Virus record (IMG/VR): IMGVR_UViG_3300020045_005690
Coordinates: 1 to 48,746 of that record
Direction: 5' to 3' (one strand)
Length of the DNA: 48,746 nucleotides
Origin: a virus
Lineage: Duplodnaviria > Caudoviricetes
Part shown: positions 47,031-48,746 of the stretch, in pieces
Position numbering within the stretch: position 1 is the stretch's first letter
How the letters are laid out: every line of letters starts with the position of its first letter
Made by a program: the position numbers and the translations under genes
Notes under the pieces: model-generated
The model's database searches: none
Seen by the model: only the letters and a program-made list of their open reading frames with translations
What the model was told of the DNA's origin: nothing

Positions 47031-47077
47031 AGTATACCATTTTACGAACACTTCGTAAAGCATTTGCCTGTGGATAG
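47031..47077 (-). promoter_or_regulatory. Recombinase promoter with overlapping palindromic operator and DnaA-like box
   Basis: TTTACG, 17 nt, TATACT with TGG extension; TTTACGAA-CAC-TTCGTAAA 47041-47059; CTATCCACA 47069-47077. Confidence 0.7.
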
Positions 47078-47534
47078 TAAAGTGAAAAATTGGAAAAAAT
47101 TTAAATCAGATTTGAGGAATTAAATTTCCTAGAAAAGTCGGGGGTAGGGGTGGGTCTATTTTAGAAAACTGTATATATTCATACATTCTATACATCAGTT
47201 ATTTTCCACTAGTACGGGGGTGCGGTTCGGGGGGTATACCCCACCAAATAATATCTATAAAAAGAACATATATAAAAAGACTTGTCAAAAAACAATCCAA
47301 GAAAAATACAAAGAAAGAGAAAGAATCGCGCAACTCAAAAGCAACCCAGAGAGCGCTACAGCGCGTGTTATCTGGGAATTCAGTACACGGCTCAGCTATC
47401 AAGGAGGGAATCAGCCCCAGCACCCTATTCCGTGCCCTTAAAAGAATTAGACAGGCGTCACAAAATACCCCTTGACGGTTATATCTGCACTAGTGCATAG
47501 TCTCTCCACTGGCAACGATAACGGGAGAGGAAAG

Positions 47535-47726
47535 ATGTACTACGTAATTCTGACCGACAAAGATGGCTGCGAAATGGCGGCACACTACGACATCGACGGA
47601 CTCAAGGCCGCCAAAGGCATCGCCAAGGACTACCTGACCGACCCCGAATACAAGAATGACGCGCACAAAGTCGAAGTGCGTAATAGCGGCGACGATTGCT
47701 GCGAGTGGGATAAGTTCGCAGCCTAA
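47535..47726 (+). CDS. Hypothetical protein in the GC-richer segment
   Basis: GGGAGAGG SD before ATG 47535; TTGACG and palindrome TGCACTAGTGCA upstream. Confidence 0.65.
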   Translation: MYYVILTDKDGCEMAAHYDIDGLKAAKGIAKDYLTDPEYKNDAHKVEVRNSGDDCCEWDKFAA

Positions 47727-47865
47727 CCCACTAACGATGCTGGAGACGAAAATGACCGAGCTAATTTACCTGCGATACCTGGCCCAGCTAAAAGAATGGC
47801 GCTCAACCCTCCCACGACGTAAGCCATGCCCTATTGAGGAGGAGGGCTCGATATCCAAGCTGCTG

Positions 47866-47890
47866 TAAAAAAAAGCCCCAGTGAAGGGGC
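47866..47890 (-). terminator. Intrinsic terminator
   Basis: GCCCC/GGGGC stem with T run on the - strand. Confidence 0.6.
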
Positions 47891-47944
47891 ACCGCAAACT
47901 GGCTCGCATTTCTGGAGCTGCCTAGTGGGAGTGATGTACTAGGC

Positions 47945-48127
47945 TCAGGGGCCGGTCAGTTTAATCGTTGATTCGGCTTTAAGGTCGGCTGCGGTGGAGG
48001 CTTCTTTTCTCAAATTGCCGAAACCACGGTGTCCGAGTTTGTGTTCTAGACCCTTTCCTAGCTTGTTTGGTTTGCACATCTTGCAGCCCGCTCGTGAGCT
48101 TTTTGGTTTGCCCCGCTTGAAATTCAT
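47945..48127 (-). CDS. Small basic protein with CxxC (RAGCKMCKP)
   Basis: Coherent K/R-rich ORF ending before the terminator. Confidence 0.6.
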   Translation of the reverse strand: MNFKRGKPKSSRAGCKMCKPNKLGKGLEHKLGHRGFGNLRKEASTAADLKAESTIKLTGP

Positions 48128-48213
48128 ATAACCCACCATTCCCCAGCCAGTAAATATTGTCGGAGATAATCTCCCACCGAACGCAACTCACTTCTCCACC
48201 TCTCTGGCGACAC

Positions 48214-48746
48214 TCATGCAGCTAACCGCTCGTTCCCGCTAACGGACGCTTGATATCTAAGCGCAAGAATGTTCTTCGCGGCATTGATGTCGCGGCTGTG
48301 AGTGGCACCGCACTCGCAAGACCATTCTCTTACAACGAGTTGCCTTAGACCACTGGGACCGGTTAATTGGCCACAGCTAGAACATGCTCGCGTTGTGTTT
48401 CGTTCGTTCACGATTAGAAAGCTTCTCGCCGCCTGCTGGCTTTTGTATTCGAGTTGCCTTTTCAGTTCGTAGAATGAAACGTCAGCTTTTGCCTTTGACA
48501 GTTTCCGATTCTTTAGCATTCCTTTAACATTGAGATCTTCTATAACAATATATCTCGGTTTGGTTTTCACCAAGTTAGATGTTATTTTATGTAAATTGTC
48601 TTTTCTACAGTTGGCTATCTTATAATGTATCTTCTGTACTACCTTTATCGCTTTCTTCCTGTTATTCGAACCTTTAACTCTCCTAGAAAGCACCCTCTGT
48701 CTTCTAGCTAGTTTCTTTGCAAACTTCCTAGTGTTCTTTGGGTTCT
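48214..48746 (-). CDS. tnpB: TnpB (IS200/IS605-family RNA-guided nuclease), 5' end outside the window
   Basis: KGSNNRKK, IEDL (RuvC II), CSSCG..CECG Zn ribbon, RDINAAKNI (RuvC III); frame stays open to the window edge. Confidence 0.92.
   Translation of the reverse strand, partial: NPKNTRKFAKKLARRQRVLSRRVKGSNNRKKAIKVVQKIHYKIANCRKDNLHKITSNLVKTKPRYIVIEDLNVKGMLKNRKLSKAKADVSFYELKRQLEYKSQQAARSFLIVNERNTTRACSSCGQLTGPSGLRQLVVREWSCECGATHSRDINAAKNILALRYQASVSGNERLAA

Larger units (their letters stand above)
1..47340. mobile_element. Near-complete podovirus-like phage/prophage genome, probably infecting a CPR (Patescibacteria) host
   Basis: terS-terL-portal-scaffold-MCP-tail-ejection-lysis order, no tape measure or sheath gene, replication and recombination modules, tyrosine recombinase. 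Right boundary is approximate (composition shift). Host is inferred. Confidence 0.9.

Noticed and set aside
1-48746. Diversity-generating retroelement, retron, tRNA genes or stop-codon reassignment
   Set aside because: No reverse transcriptase motifs or TR/VR pair seen, no tRNA recognised by eye, and genes are intact under code 11 with all three stops used.

Overview
About 47.3 kb of this window is a near-complete, AT-rich, podovirus-like tailed phage or prophage genome. Left to right it carries a + strand early/accessory arm (XRE-sigma4 regulator, RHH regulator, peptide deformylase, phosphoesterase, HNH, SF2 helicase, RecU-like resolvase) and a small GC-richer, SD-led cassette. Next come a - strand YopX/RNA-ligase/helicase/primase block and a + strand SSB/exonuclease block. 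A long - strand late operon follows (tyrosine recombinase, terS, terL, portal, scaffold, capsid, fibres, tail tube, ejection proteins, holin, amidase). Almost no genes have Shine-Dalgarno sites, several look leaderless, and the fibre and recombinase sequences resemble Patescibacteria (CPR) proteins, so a CPR host is inferred. The most notable non-coding signals are: (i) a recurring promoter architecture with a DnaA-box-type 9-mer (TTATCCACA) 30-33 nt upstream of the -10 hexamer; (ii) a 326-bp degenerate dyad (65-390, centre 228) with four 11-bp boxes that recur at the recombinase promoter; and (iii) several long structured RNA candidates. Two late-module fibre genes carry Sec-type signal peptides. 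After about 47.4 kb the composition switches to GC-richer, SD-led DNA and ends in a partial, compositionally mosaic TnpB. All calls are by eye from motifs; no searches were run.
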